The notes beneath the pieces were generated by a model. It had not been told where the DNA came from. It worked only from the letters and a program-made list of their open reading frames with translations, and searched no databases. The translations under genes were made by a program, and so were the position numbers. Shown piece by piece: positions 13,411-27,029 of a stretch of 64,000 bases of DNA (positions are counted from its first letter, which is position 1; the number at the start of each line of letters is the position of its first letter). The stretch covers positions 2,178,434 to 2,242,433 of the forward strand of contig NC_057751.1 of assembly GCF_004010195.1 (NCBI RefSeq), read 5' to 3'. Source of the stretch: Chiloscyllium plagiosum (lineage: Eukaryota).

Positions 13411-13631
13411 ACTTAAAAATCACATAATAGGTTATAGTCCAATAGGTTTATTTGGAAGTACATGCTTTCGGAGCGCTGCTCCTTCGTCAGGTAGCTAGTC
13501 TGACACTAGCTACCGAACGAAGGAGCAGTGCTCCGAAAGCTAATATTTTCAATTAAACCTGTTGGACTATAATTTGCTATTATGTTATTTTTAACTTTGT
13601 CCACCCCAGTCCAATGCTGACACTCCACATC
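13411..13631. mobile_element. Fold-back Penelope-derived element (family C) with hammerhead-like cores on both arms
   Basis: Inverted arms around ~13500. Minus-strand CTGACGA-A-GGAGC-AGC-GCTCC-GAAAG at 13465-13490. 13-bp TSD AAGGTAAAAGCAA at 13398-13410 and 13632-13644. Confidence 0.85.
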
Positions 13632-14019
13632 AAGGTAAAAGCAAGACAGATGGAGGAAATGGGAAGGCAAGAAGGAATGTTTTGAATATGGTTGGGGTTC
13701 AGCAGAATGTGCTATACTTGGACTGTGGCATTGAACTGGACCAACTATTAAACTATACCAACTGTACAATGGGGATGCTTGATGCCAACATTGCATGTTT
13801 GAGGTGGAAGGTTTCCAGAACTAACATCCTCTGAGGAATGCAAAGATGAATGCCTCATTGAAAAGGAAACAAACTGATATCAATTTGTGGGAAAAGTGTA
13901 TCAACCACCATGGAGGCCACAATGCAGTCAGAAACTGATTGTATAAAGTTTGCTGAGAAGCAACAAAAGTGGAAGGAGAGCAGAACTCAAATAAACAAGC
14001 ATCAGAACTAGTTTATTTT

Positions 14020-15900
14020 ATTAATTTCGGAGATGTGGGTATCGTTGGCTGGGTCAGCATTTATTGCTGATCCCCAGTTGTCTTGAGAAGGTGGGATGTC
14101 TTCTTCAATTGCTGTAGTCTCTTTGATGGATATACACCAACAATGCTATTGGGGAGTTCTGGAAGTCTAACCCAATGACAGTGAAAGGACAGTGATGTAT
14201 TTCCAAGTCATGGTGTTGAATGACTTCCAGGAGGATATGGTGCTGTTCCTTGTATATGCTATTCTTATTCTTCTCGACAGTGGTGGTGGTGGGTTTGGAA
14301 AGAGCTGCCAAAGGACCACCAGTGAACATATGACATCTTGTAAATGGTGCGTACTGCTGCTGTTGTGTATCAATGTGAAGCGAGTTAGTATTTCAGTAGA
14401 TGGTATCAACTCACAGGCTGCTCTGCCCTGGATAGAGTTGACCACTTTAGTGTTATTGGAGCTGCACTCATCCAGGCAAGAGGGAAATATCTCATCATAC
14501 TCTTCTTATAACACAGAGTAAACACCCCTGCTTAATTTAACCCAGTAACACAGAAAAGATTTATCTCATGCAGTAATCTGTGAAAGTTTGGGAGGCCAAG
14601 AACAATCCGAAAGGTCACGATTTAAAATAAAAATTAACAACTTTATTTCTTAAAATATAACAGAGATTAATTAAAGTAATTAAATAATTAAAGTAATTAG
14701 AGAATAAATAAAGTATAACAGAGAATGATTAACTCACAACTATTTACCACTCCTTTCTCTCTTTTACTTTCTCTTCTACAATACTAGTCTGATAAAACCC
14801 CTGATTAAGATTTACCAAAAATTCATATTTTGAAACCAGCCAGCTGTCAAATCTTTTCTTTGTATCTTCCTCTGTCTTCTTTTCTTCTTCTTAGTGAATT
14901 CTGTTTCACAAGTCATTGATGGATAAAGGTACCTTTAAGTGAGCTATTCTCCGGGCAGTCTGCGTGTGTTGGTGGCTTGGCAGTTCTCCCTCAAATGTTA
15001 AATTTTCCCCAGTCTTATACCCCAAAGCATCAGATGGTGTCATTGGCTTTTATTACTGTCAATATTCCAAAATCAAACTTGATTGGAGTTTGGTATTTTT
15101 CGGGATATAATTTAAACTGATTGGCCAAATTCAAATTTGTTTTTTTTTTGACTCCAGGCAACCAGCTACACTAGCTGCTGGATGAAAAGTTTACGTTGTA
15201 TCTTGTTCAGAATACTTAGTGCTGTCAGGTAGTTCTGTGAGCTTTTAAGTTTCTTAAGGGTACAGTACCCCCCTGACACCTTCATAACACTCTTGATTTC
15301 CAGCTTCAAGATAGTGTACTGGGTTTGGGGAGTCAGATGATTTACTTGCTGCAGGTGTACTTGCCTCTGACTTGCTTCTGCAGCCACAGTATTCACATGA
15401 CTAAACTAGTTCAGTTTTTCATCAATGGGAACCTCAGATAAAGGAAAAATCACTACAGTTCGAGAGGACCATAAAGCTGCTCGGGTTAACCTGAGAATCT
15501 ACAAACCTCATGTGAGGGGCAAGGTTGAGAAATAATGATATGTTTGCAGTCACTTTAGCTAGTGTGAGAATTTAATCTGTGCTCTTTGCATCAGGTTACA
15601 TTGTAAATCAGCTGTCCAGCCAACTGAATGAACAGTAACCTCCAGGACATCAATAGTACAAGATTCAGCAATGGTAATATCAGTGAATATCAAAGGGCAA
15701 TAGTTAGTTTCTTCCTTGTTGGGTCATTGCCTGGCACAATGGTAATTGCTACTTGTCAGCCCAAGCCTGAATATCATCAATGTCTTCCTGAGTATTTGAG
15801 CAGACGTGAATGGTGCTGGACATTGTGTCTAATCAGTGAACAGCCCCTTTTGATGGTAGGAAGCTCACTGATAAAACAGGAGATGAATTACCTGAGGACA
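14020..15900 (-). mobile_element. Old LINE (L2/Crack-like) fragment split by an LTR-like insertion
   Basis: Same family as 61480-62530 (gttattggagctgcactcatccaggcaag); resumes after 15290. Confidence 0.55.
14508..15289 (-). mobile_element. Solo-LTR-like insertion
   Basis: About 780 bp block cleanly interrupting a LINE, ending CATAACA; related to 1956-2822 in the opposite orientation. Confidence 0.5.
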
Positions 15901-17129
15901 CAAAGATCATGAAGTCAGTCAGACATCAACTGCATTTTGAGGGACAGTTGATGACAGCAGTCAGTACAAAAGAAATTCTCAGAAAATATCAGTGTCCATA
16001 CTGTGATACTGAATGTAGTCATTGATGGAAGAATAATTTGATATCAATACAAAATGCTCATGCAATCGTTAGAAAAACTTATTTTTCGAACCAGTGCTCG
16101 TGACAATGCTTTCAACACCAACTTGTTCACATTGTGTAACACAATAATTTAAACTAGTCGAGATCTAAAGAGCTGAAGTTGATTATTCTTTGTGAAATAC
16201 TTGACACCATCATCTGTATTGAGGTTCCTCACTTTACATTTATAAGTTACACACTGGGCTAACTTTTCACTTATTTCCTATGTTCTTACCTTTTCTCTTA
16301 TTGTATTCTAACCTGATGAGATTATGGAGCCTTCAGTCTGGTTACCATTAGCCACTGGAGGACCTTTGACAGTGGCAGTCAGCGTTTTGGTCTGTTTTTC
16401 TGAATTTATGTAACATGAATGTCACTGGCAAAGCAGTTATTGTATTTTCTGCCTCCCTAATTAACAAGGAAAATGCAGTGGTGAGCCATTTTCTTGAGCT
16501 GCTGCAGACGATGTGGTATGTCCACTGTAATGGGAAGAAGAGAGTTCCAGGAATATGACCCACTTACCGAGAAGGAGTGGTGAAATATTTCTAAGTCAAG
16601 ATGGTAGGCAGCTTGGACAGGAATTTACATATGCTGTCCTTGCCTTTTTGGCCAGTAGAGACCATGAGTTTGAAAGATGCTGTCAAGAGAGTCTGTGAGT
16701 TCTGCATTGCATCTTAAAATCGTCCATACTGCTGTCACTGCGCAATGGTAATGGTGCTAAGTGAACATTTAAAGAGTTAGTTTGGATGTCAGTAAATTGG
16801 CTGCTCATCTTGAATGATATTGAGCCTCTTGAATGCTATTATAGGTGCGTTCAACCAGATATCCTTCTGTGCAATACTTGGTTATTTGCCCTGATTCTTT
16901 GCAACCAGAACTCAGGAGTCAGAGTGCAAAGTGCCCAATGAATGGTTGGTTGAATATAACAAAGTGGTGTCTATCTTGTTCCAGATCAAAGGAACAGCCA
17001 GTTCTTCATAACTTAAACGTCATCATTTCTAAAAACAGAAATTGGCAAAGGAACAAAAATAGGCCACAACTTTACTTTTGCAATTTGGAAAATGAAAATC
17101 TGTATTGATAATGATCTTTCATGGACCTT

Positions 17130-18600
17130 TAGATTGTAGAAATTCTGCAGAGGATTGGAAAGCTGCTAATGGAACACTTTTACTTCAAAAGGGAAGGAGA
17201 AGAAATACAGGGAACTACAGGTCAATTAGCTCTGAGTATAATTTCTATTACTGTCATTGGGAAAAATGTAGCTTCTATTATTAAGGATGCAACAGCAGAG
17301 CATCTGGAAATGCATACAATTAAGCAGAATCAGCATTGAGGGAAGTCATACCTAACAAGTTTACAAGAATTCTTTGAGGAGATAACAGACAGGAAAAATA
17401 AAGGAAAAGCAATGCGTATCATACATATGGACTTTTAGAAGACTCTTGATAAGGTACCACATGCGGGCTGTTTAATAAGAGAGAGTCCATGACATTAGAA
17501 GTGGTACATTAGGATGGAGGATTGGCTAATGAATTGAAGACAGAGAATTGGGATAATGGGGGCACTTTCAGGTTGGGAACCCATAATTTGTGGTGTACCT
17601 TCAGGATCAGTGCAATTATTTACAGCATTCAATCATGACTTGGATGTGGAAAGCAAATGAACTTTAACCAAGTTTGCAGGTAACACAAAAATACATGAGA
17701 AGGCAAGCAGTGAGAATGATGCAATGAGTCTTCAGAGGGATAGAGGCAGGTTAAGTGAGTGAGCAAAAACATGGCAGATAGAATATAATGTGGAGAAATA
17801 TGATGATATGTATTTTGGCAGAAAGAATCGAAGAGCTGAATATGATTTAGATAGAAAGAGCCTGGTGAAAGCTCCAGAACAGAGACATGCACAGGTCCTC
17901 ATCAATGAATCACAAAAAGCTAGCATCTAAGCTCAGCAGATAACAGGGAAGGCAAAGGGAATGCATATCTTTATTTCCAAGGGAACAGAGTATGAAAGTG
18001 AGGAGGTTTTGCTCAAACAGTACAACACTAGTCAAATCACAGCAGGAACACTGTGAACAGCTTTGGGCCACTTATTTATGGAAAGACATACTGGCATTGA
18101 GGGCAGATCAAAGAAGGTTCATGAGGCTGATACTAGGTATGGAGATAATGCCTTATGAGGAGAGACTGACGAGATTGCGCCTGTAATTGCTGGACTAAAT
18201 AAGAATGAGAGGCAACCTTACTGAAACTTACATGATGCATAAGAAGTCTTGACAGAATAGATGCAGAAAGGTTGTTTTTCCTTGAGAGAAATGAGGATTA
18301 GGGGGTATACTCTAAGGAGAAAGGGTCACAAATTTAAGCCAGAGTTGAGGAGGAATTTCTTCTCTCAGCAAGTTGCAAATCTGTGGAATTCTTCATTGCA
18401 CAAGGGCTTTTGATACTGTCACATTAAGTGTATTCAAGGCTGAAATAGACAGATTTTTAATGAGTAATAGAATCAAGGGTTATGGGGAAAAGTCAGGAAA
18501 GTCAAATTGAGGATTATCAGATTAGTTATGATCTCAGTGAAAAGTGCAATAGATTCGATGTACTGAATGACCATTTTTCTGCTGTGATATCTTATGATCT
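17130..18600 (+). mobile_element. Degraded CR1 LINE RT and 3' end
   Basis: Remnants of YMDF.K..DKVPH, KFA, QRRFMRLILG..YEERL and a CR1 3' UTR. Confidence 0.85.
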
Positions 18601-20520
18601 GATGGTCTGAGAGATCATTTCGAGAAAACAAGGTCAGTTTTCTTTTGTCAGCATGATGGATTAAGAAGTCACTCTAGGCATTTTCTTCTATTCGCCCAGT
18701 TGAATTACTTCTGCTGACCTGCACGCCTCAAAAAATACAAATGGGATTTGAATTAACTGAAGCAAATAATGAATGAATCATTCGGTTATACACAGCATGA
18801 TGTACAAATACCACTGAATAAGTTCCAATTCGAATGCATTCCATGAGTTTCATATCATCAGTCAGAAACCTGTGGTGGCTACCTCACATCAGATTTTTTT
18901 TTGCTGTTTTACACCTTCAACTCTACCAATCTAAGTGTCCATCTTCCTTTCCAACCCTCGTTCTGTGATGAACATCACTATCAAGGTTAAAGGATTAGGT
19001 GCAAAGACAATGTAAATCGTCAAGCAACAACAAAGCTAAGCTTGTATTTTAAAATTGAAATGTTATGAAAACACCATTACATGCAGGTCAATAATCTGCT
19101 CTCATTTACACAATTTTATCTTTGTGAAATGATCTTCTGATGAAAGAGTGTTTAATGAAAGTGATGATAAATCCCATGAAATCCTGCTGTTCTCGTTCAC
19201 TGTGAGCTGACTTTCTTGTGTTAAAACAATTTGACTACGAAGATGAAAGTGCTGGCATCAAAGAATTTTTGATTTCTGTTTCATACTGTTCTCTCAGCTT
19301 CAAATGATATTCTTCAAATTAGAGTAACTCAAAGACTGATGCAATACCAGAATATAATTGGGAAAATTACTTTCAATGGCCATAAAATGAAAAGTCATTA
19401 AAGGAAGAAGATGATTGTCTCTTCTCTGCAGATTCTCATATTGAATTTGTACACATTTTCGTCTCTTGACTGAAGTCTCATTTTTGCTGATTTGTGATAA
19501 ATTACTACTTGTACAGTGGAGGCTAAATTTTGCTATTTACACAAGCTCATCTGTAGGTTATTTACTTCTCAAATTCATACAGTTCAGTCATGTCTTTGTT
19601 GCCTTTATTGCAGCAGAGATGAAGATGACCTATTGCAAAAGTACAGGGTGTTGAGAATGCACCCCCAATACTGTGTGTGGATTTGTTACCCTACCTTAAG
19701 TTAAGGGAGATAGTTAGAAGGAGAGGAGACTCACTCAGCTAGTTCCTGGAATGAAGGGGTTTTATTATAAGCCAGGATTGAAGAGATTGAGTCTATACTT
19801 ACTGGACTTAACAGAAGAAGAGGTGATCCTGTTGAAACATGTAAGGTTCTGAAGGGGAATGAAAGCAAAATACTGCAGATGCTGGAGATCTGAAACAAAA
19901 AACAGAAAGTGCTGTGAAAAGTGAGTCGGTCGTGCATCAACTGTGGAGAGAGAAACTAACTGCAAATAAGTCACTGGACTCAAAATGTCAACTTGTTGTT
20001 CTCTCCACAAATGCTTAGTGTGTCCAGCAAAATTCTGAGTGGTTACATTAACTATACAGTAAATCCTCTATATCTGTGAAATCACGAATCACAAATTCAC
20101 CTATCCATGCCAAAAAATAAATAACAACAAAAATCAATAACCAAAGGCAAAAATTCCATATCCAAAATATTTTTAACCATTTTAACGAGCTCCACACTCG
20201 TGAATGTCAACTTGTGGCAGTTGTCAGCAATGGAACCCTCAAGGACATGGAAGAATGACTGGACATCCTCACACCCTGCTTCCTGTAAAGTCTCCATTCC
20301 ATTCTTCCAGTTTGACGACCTCTGTCATACCATTCATTGTGGACCAGGCCAGACCCCCTTAAAAATGTTTCAAGAAGGTAACCTAGACCCTAATTTTTTT
20401 TTACTTTAAAAGCAGAACATCAATTGAAAATTCCAGGTGTGATGCAGCTGGTCAAACAACTCCGCTTTAGGTAAAACAGAATTTATTTAAACACTACAAA
20501 ATAAAACAGAATTTAGAATA

Positions 20521-21175
20521 GCAATGTTTGAGAAGATCTGTAGCTCAGGTTGATGATAAGTATGTAAGTCAGCTCGCTGAGCTTGAAGATTTGTAGTCAG
20601 ATGTTTCATCACCAAACTAGATAATATCATCAGTGAGAGTCTCTGGTGAAGCGCTGGTGGTATGTCCAGCCTCTCTCTTTATAGGTCTTGGTTTCTTAAC
20701 GTGGGTAATGTCATTTCTGGTTCTTTTTTTTTCAAGGGAAAGTAGATGGGATCTAAATCGATGTGCTTATTGATGGAGTTCTCATTAGAATGCCATTCCT
20801 CCAAGAATACTCATGCATATCTTTGTTGCGCCTGACCTAGGATGTGTGTGTTGTCCCAGTCAAAGTGGTGTCCTTTTTTGTCTGTATATATGGAAACTAG
20901 TGGTGGTGTCTTGTGGCCAGTTGTAAAAATCACTACATCGGACAAACTAGCAGGAAACTTGCCACCAGGATACATGAACACCATCTAGCCACAAAAAGAC
21001 ACAACTTACTATCACTAGTTTCCGTTCACACAGACAAAGAAAGACATCACTTTGACTGGGACAACACACACATCCTCAGAGAGGCGCAACAAAGACATGC
21101 ATGAGAATTCTTAGAGGCATGGTATTCTAACGAGGCATGGCATTCCATCAATAAACACATTTATTTAGATCCCAT
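20521..21175. mobile_element. Penelope-like element: pLTR with hammerhead motif plus inverted GIY-YIG endonuclease fragment
   Basis: + ORF 20913-21104 contains YIGQTSRKLATRIHEH (GIY-YIG). 20745-20900 is the reverse complement of ~21010-21175. Minus-strand CTGATGA-T-ATTATC-loop-GGTGAT-GAAACATC with core at 20603-20633. Confidence 0.9.
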
Positions 21176-21305
21176 CCCATCTTCAACCCTATTATCACCT
21201 ATTGAGCTTTTCTGAAACCAAAAGATTTGATCTGGACAGGTAAATTCTCCACATTTGGATCACAATAAAGCGATGGTGTTAGGGAATAGATGAAACTGCT
21301 TAACT

Positions 21306-21446
21306 AGGTGGAGGTGGATACTGCAGATGCTGGAGATTACTGACAAGATTAGAATGGTGCTGTAAAAAGCCCTTCACGAAACATTGATTTTCCTGCTCCT
21401 TGGATGCTGCCTGACCTACTGTGCTTTTCCAGCATCACTCCAATCT
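21306..21446. mobile_element. Family A Penelope-derived element with inversion
   Basis: ctgcagatgctggaga arm and ggatgctgcctgacct arm in opposite orientations. TSD TGAAACTGCT(T/C)AACT at 21291-21305 and 21447-21461. Confidence 0.75.
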
Positions 21447-21557
21447 TGAAACTGCTCAACTGTATGTCTAAAGATCTTTCAAAATGTATTAAAAATCTTT
21501 TGCTGTCTTGGCTTGTTTTATTTCATTCACTTTCGTGTAATACACTAATGTTTTATG

Positions 21558-21945
21558 AGAGTCACAGGGCTGTATAGCACAGAAACAGATCCTTTGGTCC
21601 AACTTGTCCATGTTGACCAGAAATCCAAAATTTATCTAGTCCCATTTGCCAGCATTTGGCCCATATCCCTCTAAATCCTTTCTATTCATGTACCCATTCA
21701 GATGCCCTTTTAATTGCAGCAACCTCGACCACTTCTCTGGCAGCTTATTCCATACATACACCACCCTCTCCATACAAAGGGTACCCCTTAGGTTCCTTTA
21801 AACTTTTTCCCCTCTCACCTTAAACCAATGACCTCTAGTTTTAGACACCTCCACCCTGGGGAAAAGACTTTCACTATTCACCCTATCAAACCCTTCATAA
21901 TGCTATAAACTTCTAAAAAAGCCATCTAATGTCTCTGCAATCTCA
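21558..21945 (-). mobile_element. CR1 LINE 3' end
   Basis: CR1 3' UTR motifs (ttggtccaacttgtccatg; ccatatccctctaaa). Confidence 0.8.
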
Positions 21946-24082
21946 GTACAAACACAATGGGCCAAAGGGTCTCCTTCTGCATGGGAGTGATGCTGGAATG
22001 CTGACAAAGGAGGGAAAATACATGATTTCTGCGCTGCAGTGCCCACAGCTGAGCACAGTACCATCAGACTTTTCCATCTGGTAATGAAAGTTGGGGTCTA
22101 ATGTCAAGACCTTGAATGTTTTGACAATCAAGAAGAAATCAGAGCACATGAAAAAAAAACGCCCAGCAGCTAATCAACACCCCCTGATAACACCTCAGCT
22201 CGATGTCATTCCCTGTCAATTCTGCTAATAGGCTAAGCAGAAGAAGTGGCTGGTATTGCGCCCAGAATGCTGAAAAGTGCCCAGCATTTGGTGAAACAGT
22301 GACCCCAGTTGTAAGATTGCATAATGTAGTATTTAAGTAGGCAAGGGTGTGGAGTGCGGGTGAGGATGACTGGGCTGATAATGTGGTAGATCATTAGCTT
22401 GTGTTGAGAGACTCACAGTGAATGAGTTGAAAGAGATTGGCATGTAGGCAGAAACAATGAAAGATGAGTGTTGATACCAGTGTAAAGGAAAGGCGAAATT
22501 GACGCCATACATGATAGATCTCAGAACCTTGGCAGATTTAATGTTGGAGCTTGATTTGAACTCTGTGATGGGTTAAATTTCCATCTGGCATGTCAGGACA
22601 ATGCAAAGCAGAAATCAACAAACCAAACAGAATAAAACAGAACCACGATTGCTGGAATTCTGAAACTATTTCTGAAGAAATTGCAGGAGAAACTCAGAAG
22701 ATCATTTTTAAAGAAAATCTGAGGCCTTTGCTTTGTAAATGATCACATTGTTAAATTATAAAAAATGTCCAAGCCAGATTTCATTCTGTAAACCAGTAGT
22801 AATATCAACTTGGATGATAACAAAGTTTCAAACTAGGAGGCACAAATTTAAAAGTAGGGGTCTGGCCGATGAGGAACTTCTTCTCTCAGAGGATCATTAA
22901 TCATTGGAATTCTTTTCCTCAGAGAGACTGAGTCAGGTTGATTTTTGATCAATAACGTAGTTTGGGTTATACGGTCAGGCAGCAAAGTGAAAGGAAGGGA
23001 TTTTCCTTTATTTGTAAATATGAAAAAGCTATGTGCCATCATCCATTAGAGATTTTGGTTGTGTCAATTTGTGCACTCTTACCCTCTCTTAAGAAAGCAG
23101 TTTAGATTGGCATTTGGAACTAAACAAGTATACAGTTTGCAGGAAGCTACTTGATGGTCTAAATGAGAAGTGAAAGGAGAGGTGGCAGTTGATGGCTTCC
23201 TGTTGAATGCATTTCAACGTTCAGCTATTTGATAAATTAAGGTTGTTTTGTTCATAATCAACCCTGTAGTTAGATATCCCAACATTAAATGAGTTTTGTA
23301 TGCTCAATGTTATGCGTTTAACAATAAACAAATCTGCAACAGAGGAAAACTACACAGCAAGATCGAAGGCAACATTTCTTTATGAGTGCAACAGTTTCTT
23401 CAGTTCTCTCAAAGTACAATTCAGTGCTTTTCCTACAGAGTAAGCACCTGCAGGTTGCTCTTCCAGATAACGCATTCATTTTAGCCAGAGAAGCTTTTCT
23501 AGTATTATTCATGTCAGTTTTTTGCTGATCTATAAATAACCTCTCTTTTGAACTCCAGTGTTTATGCTGCAAACATTTTTGCTAACATGGAGAAAATACA
23601 CAGTGGGATAAAATAACCAGGTTATTGAAGCGAAGTCTGAGTGAAGAGCTGATTTACCACAAGCTGTTCGGAAAATCCACTGGCAATATTAAAATTATGA
23701 TAAAAGCCTTTCAGTAATTTTAACAAATAATAATTTGTCTCAGATTGTGAGCAATGGTAACTGAGCTGCATTTTTTGCTGTGATGCCTCCATCTTCAATG
23801 ACTGCAATGCCAGCTGACAGGACATCAACAATAAACTACAAAGTCTTAAAAAACAGATTCATGTGGTGTGTGTTACTAACAAGGCTACCATTAGTAGTCC
23901 ATTCCTTGATAACTTGAGGATTGGAGTCACAAACTAGTTCCAGGTGGGAGGGGTGGCAGGTTAGCATTTTTAAAAATCAGTGAGCCAAATGGACTTTGAC
24001 AGTGTACTTGCAGCTTTCAGAATGATCAGTTGAAATGAATCCAATTTCACTTGCTCAGAACAGAAACTCACTGATCTGAGTT

Positions 24083-24274
24083 AAAATCACACAACACCAG
24101 GTTCTTGTCCAACAAGTTTATTTGGAAGCATTAGCTTTCGGAGCGCTGCTCCTTCCTCAGGTGGTTTTGGGTATAAGAACAGCACTCCTAAAGCTAGAGC
24201 TTCCAAATAAACCTGTTGGACTATAACATGGTGTTGTGAAATTTTTAACTTTTAACACCGGCTCCTCCAAATCA
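24083..24274. mobile_element. Fold-back Penelope-derived element (family C)
   Basis: Inverted arms. Minus-strand CTGAGGA-A-GGAGC-AGC-GCTCC-GAAAGCTA at 24132-24160. 15-bp imperfect TSD at 24068-24082 and 24275-24289. Confidence 0.8.
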
Positions 24275-24309
24275 TCACTGCTCGGAGTTCATATGATCAT
24301 GCCAATATA

Positions 24310-24846
24310 CAGGGGAACCTCGATTTTCCGAACGAGATGGGTGGGCACTATTTCGGTTGGATAATCAATTATTCGGTTAATCGATTAAATGTCTTTCCTC
24401 TGGGACTCTGAGTTTTTAAAGTCTGCTCCCCGTTCAGGAGACTGCAGAAGCACACAGCGCGCAAGCCCCCCCCCAACCCCAAAAGTGCCCCTGTCCAACA
24501 CCTCCCCCTGCCTGCCCCTCAACCCCATCCAACACCGTCTCTAACCATCCAACACCTCCCCCCGCCCCTGTGCACCCCCCACCCCCTCTCCAGGGCAGCT
24601 GGACTGGACATCAACATTGGGGGTTTAGGGTACACCCCTTTGTATAAATCCAGGGAAAGTGTGGGGAGAGAGAGAGGGCGGGAGGTCAATCATTTGGAGA
24701 CGGTGCCTATTTAATCACTGTAAACAAAAGAGACGATCACTGTTGGAAACACATCTTTGATGTAATGTTTCTATTGGGACCTCGCGACCTCCTTCGGATC
24801 ATCCGAATTTCGGATAATTGGTATTCAGATAATCGAGGTTCCTCTG
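24310..24846. mobile_element. Tc1/mariner (Tigger/pogo-type) non-autonomous MITE
   Basis: TIRs CAGGGGAACCTCGATTTTCCGAA / TTCAGATAATCGAGGTTCCTCTG flanked by TA. Confidence 0.88.
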
Positions 24847-27029
24847 TAATCTTCTAATTGGCTGGAAGAGATGCCTCAAAGATAACAATGCAAAAAAAAA
24901 CCAGTCACGACCTCAAGACACCAAAAGTGGATGAAGTAACTTTGAAGTGCATTTGCCACAGTGATGTCAGAGATGCAGTAACAAAGTCTGTGCACAGCAG
25001 GATACCACAAACAGCAATGACAAAACAATCAGACAATGTATTTTTCAATTCTGTTGGTTGAAAGTGGAATAGTGACCAGGATGGGAGGAATACCCCTGCT
25101 TATCCACCAAATAGTTATAGTGGGACCTTTTACATCCATGCAACATCTGAAATATGGGAGTTTCACCAGTGCAGTACAGCAGCCTACCATGATTCCATTA
25201 CCAAATAATGCGGCTTCTATTAACTTTACTTTGACAATCGTCAAAAGGAAAAGGTTCAACATCATATTCTTAATTCTGAAATGCCAAAGACGAGGTCATA
25301 AGAATTAGGAGCAGCAGTGGGTCTTTTGGCCTTCTGAGCTTCTGTCATTTGAAAAGAATATGGCTGATCTCACAGTTGCTGTTAATTCATCTTACTGCCC
25401 ACCTTAATTCCCTCATCAATCAAAAATCTGCAGAACCCTGCAATGAATATACACAATGACCTGATTTCCAATGCTATCTGCAGAGGAGAGTTCCAAAAAC
25501 TAATGATTCTCTGAGAGAAAAACATTTCTCCTCATCTCAGTCTCAAATGGGCAACTCTTAGTTTTTAAGTAGTGTCGCCTCATTATCGAACTTTGAAAAG
25601 TACACAAAGGTTCCAGGCCCTTGGCCCCCCATGTCTGTGCCGATCATGATGTTATTCTAAAGCAATCTCATCTGCCTGCTTCTGGTCCCTCCCCCTCTAT
25701 TATCTGCCTATTCATATGTCTGCCTAAATGCTTCATAAGCTTTGCTATTTGGACTTGCAGATAAGGAACAACTTTCTTTCAGAATCTACTCTGTCAAGTG
25801 TCCGCAATATCTTATATAATGGAACTTGTTAATACGTGACCCTGTGTTGGCATTGTTAGATGGTTAGTTCACAGGAGGTTGTATGTTTTTAACATGAGGT
25901 TGGGGCATGGTGTTTTTGAACAGAGATTTAAGCAGAGTTCCTATATCGTTCCAGGGGGGAGTGCTGCGCACGACCACAGCTGGATCAAGCTTTAAGATTT
26001 CAATATCAGGGAGTTGAAAAGGAGACAGCATAAGATTGTCAGAAATACATTCCCAAGAGAAAATGAGTAAAATAGCCGCTTCTACAAAAAGGCTTAGACA
26101 TATTTCATCTCTCATTTTATTTGTAATTGCTGACTTGGACAATTCATTTTCCATTTGATGTAGCAACCTTTTTATCTTCTCATTATCTCTACCCCCATTT
26201 GTGCTTCAATAGAAACAGAAATCAGGAAAAATACCCAGTCAGTAATTTTCGTACCACTCATTTGGGGAAGTGACGGCCTAGTGGTATTATCACTAAACAG
26301 TGTGGAGACCCAGGTTCTGCCCTCGGGACCTATGTTCAAATCACGCCATGGTGGATGGTGGAATTTGAATTCACTGACAGTCTGGAATTCAGAACCTTAT
26401 GGTGATGATGCACCAGTTGTAATAAAGACTTGAACTGGTTTATTCTCCATGTAACTTTAGACCCACAATAATGTGGCTGACTTTTAACAGTTCGGGATGG
26501 GTAATAAATGCTGGCTTGCCAGTGATGCCATCATTCCTTAAAGATGAATTTTCAATAAGCAGAGTTAACATTTTGGGTCTGGTGACTCTTCATCGTGAGT
26601 TGTGATGCTGTCAGACCTGCTGAGATTTGCCAGCAAGTTGTATTTTTGTTTCAGATCTCCAGTTCCCACAATTCTCTGTTTTATATTAAAACGTTTTCTC
26701 TGATTAAGCAAAGAAGGGTCTTATAATTAAACACTGGCTCTCACAATCTCAAGATATTCTGAGAACATAGCCACTTTTGTTCGCATGTTTATGGAAGAAT
26801 AAAGTTGCTACTTTTGGTGACAGTCCTGTTACTTCAGGAGGATGCATCTATTGTGAAAATCAATGTTTAGGGCAGCCTCCCTCAGAATATCAGCACACTC
26901 CTACAAATGTCAAAGTACTGTTTTCTGTGACCTTAAAGTGGTATAATCACAGATTATCAAATACACGTAAAGCTACACCACAGGACTTTGTGTAAGGGCC
27001 TCAGATTTTACCTATTTGGATCACTGACT

